Assembly (NCBI GenBank): GCA_964556195.1
Contig: CAZKVK010000004.1
Coordinates: 375-64,374 of the forward strand
Direction: 5' to 3'
DNA: 64,000 bases
Source of the DNA: an uncultured Candidatus Poseidoniales archaeon
GTDB lineage: Archaea; Thermoplasmatota; Poseidoniia; Poseidoniales; Thalassarchaeaceae
How positions within the stretch are numbered: the stretch's first letter is position 1; every line of letters starts with the position of its first letter. Shown here in pieces: positions 63,951-64,000 of this stretch. A program made the translations under genes and the position numbers. The notes beneath the pieces are model-generated. The model was not told the origin of the DNA, made no database searches, and saw only the letters and a program-made list of their open reading frames with translations.

Positions 63951-64000
63951 ATGGAATATGTATATGCTGCAATGCTACTGCACTCCGCAGAGAAGGATAT
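63951..64000 (+). CDS. rpl12: 50S ribosomal protein L12 (stalk protein P1), 5' end only
   Basis: It starts MEYVYAAMLLHSAEKD, the canonical archaeal P1 N-terminus. AGGTGA lies upstream. The gene is truncated by the window edge. Confidence 0.8.
   Translation, partial: MEYVYAAMLLHSAEKD

Overview
This is a 64-kb, densely coded chromosomal segment of an archaeon with about 65 genes. I saw no rRNA, CRISPR array, transposase or integrase. Archaeal identity is read directly from ribosomal proteins L15e, L21e and P0/P1, RNA polymerase subunit F, Pus10, a Fap7-type kinase, and an intron-containing tRNA-Tyr with a C1-G72 pair. Two FtsZ paralogs, a PGF-CTERM protein and a dPGM suggest a euryarchaeote-type lineage. 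The giant secreted peptidase and adhesin-like proteins plus an NSS transporter would fit a marine heterotrophic Thermoplasmatota / Marine Group II-like organism, but that is inference only. Layout: 1-8.7 kb holds a complex I-like operon nuoA-B-C-D-H-I-J(split)-K-L-(M) on the minus strand, with no nuoEFG in the run. 8.8-23.7 kb holds five co-directional genes for giant cell-surface proteins of 865, 1455, 191, 1497 (S8 protease) and 892 aa. 23.8-34.7 kb holds a PRC-barrel protein, L15e, tRNA-Tyr, FtsZ, a PGF-CTERM glycoprotein, HisRS, a GtrA-like protein, an NSS transporter translationally coupled to an M14 carboxypeptidase, MscS and GpmA. 34.7-45.4 kb holds housekeeping metabolism: HAD, UppS, Nudix, RidA, PMM/PGM, Pgk, an M24 peptidase, and a ferredoxin/cupin pair. 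45.5-49.2 kb holds the conserved Pus10-L21e-RpoF-DUF655-KsgA block. 49.3-59.4 kb holds an RND/MMPL exporter, DnaJ, FAH, AIM24, MtaD-like, CAX, Fap7 and a CDP-alcohol transferase. 59.4-64 kb holds ftsZ-secE-spt5-L11-L1-P0-P1. The five most unusual observations follow. (1) The 15-kb surface-protein cluster has two members that end in cytoplasmic zinc fingers behind a transmembrane helix; one is a C4HC3 cross-brace-type pattern on the protease. (2) A perfect hairpin sequesters the Shine-Dalgarno sequence of the 1455-aa gene. (3) The L11 gene encodes only the C-terminal rRNA-binding domain. (4) Spt5/NusG carries an in-frame N-terminal Nudix-fold-like domain of about 133 aa. (5) Complex I subunits I, H and L carry large lineage-specific insertions. 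All functional calls come from motif recognition by eye; no searches were run.
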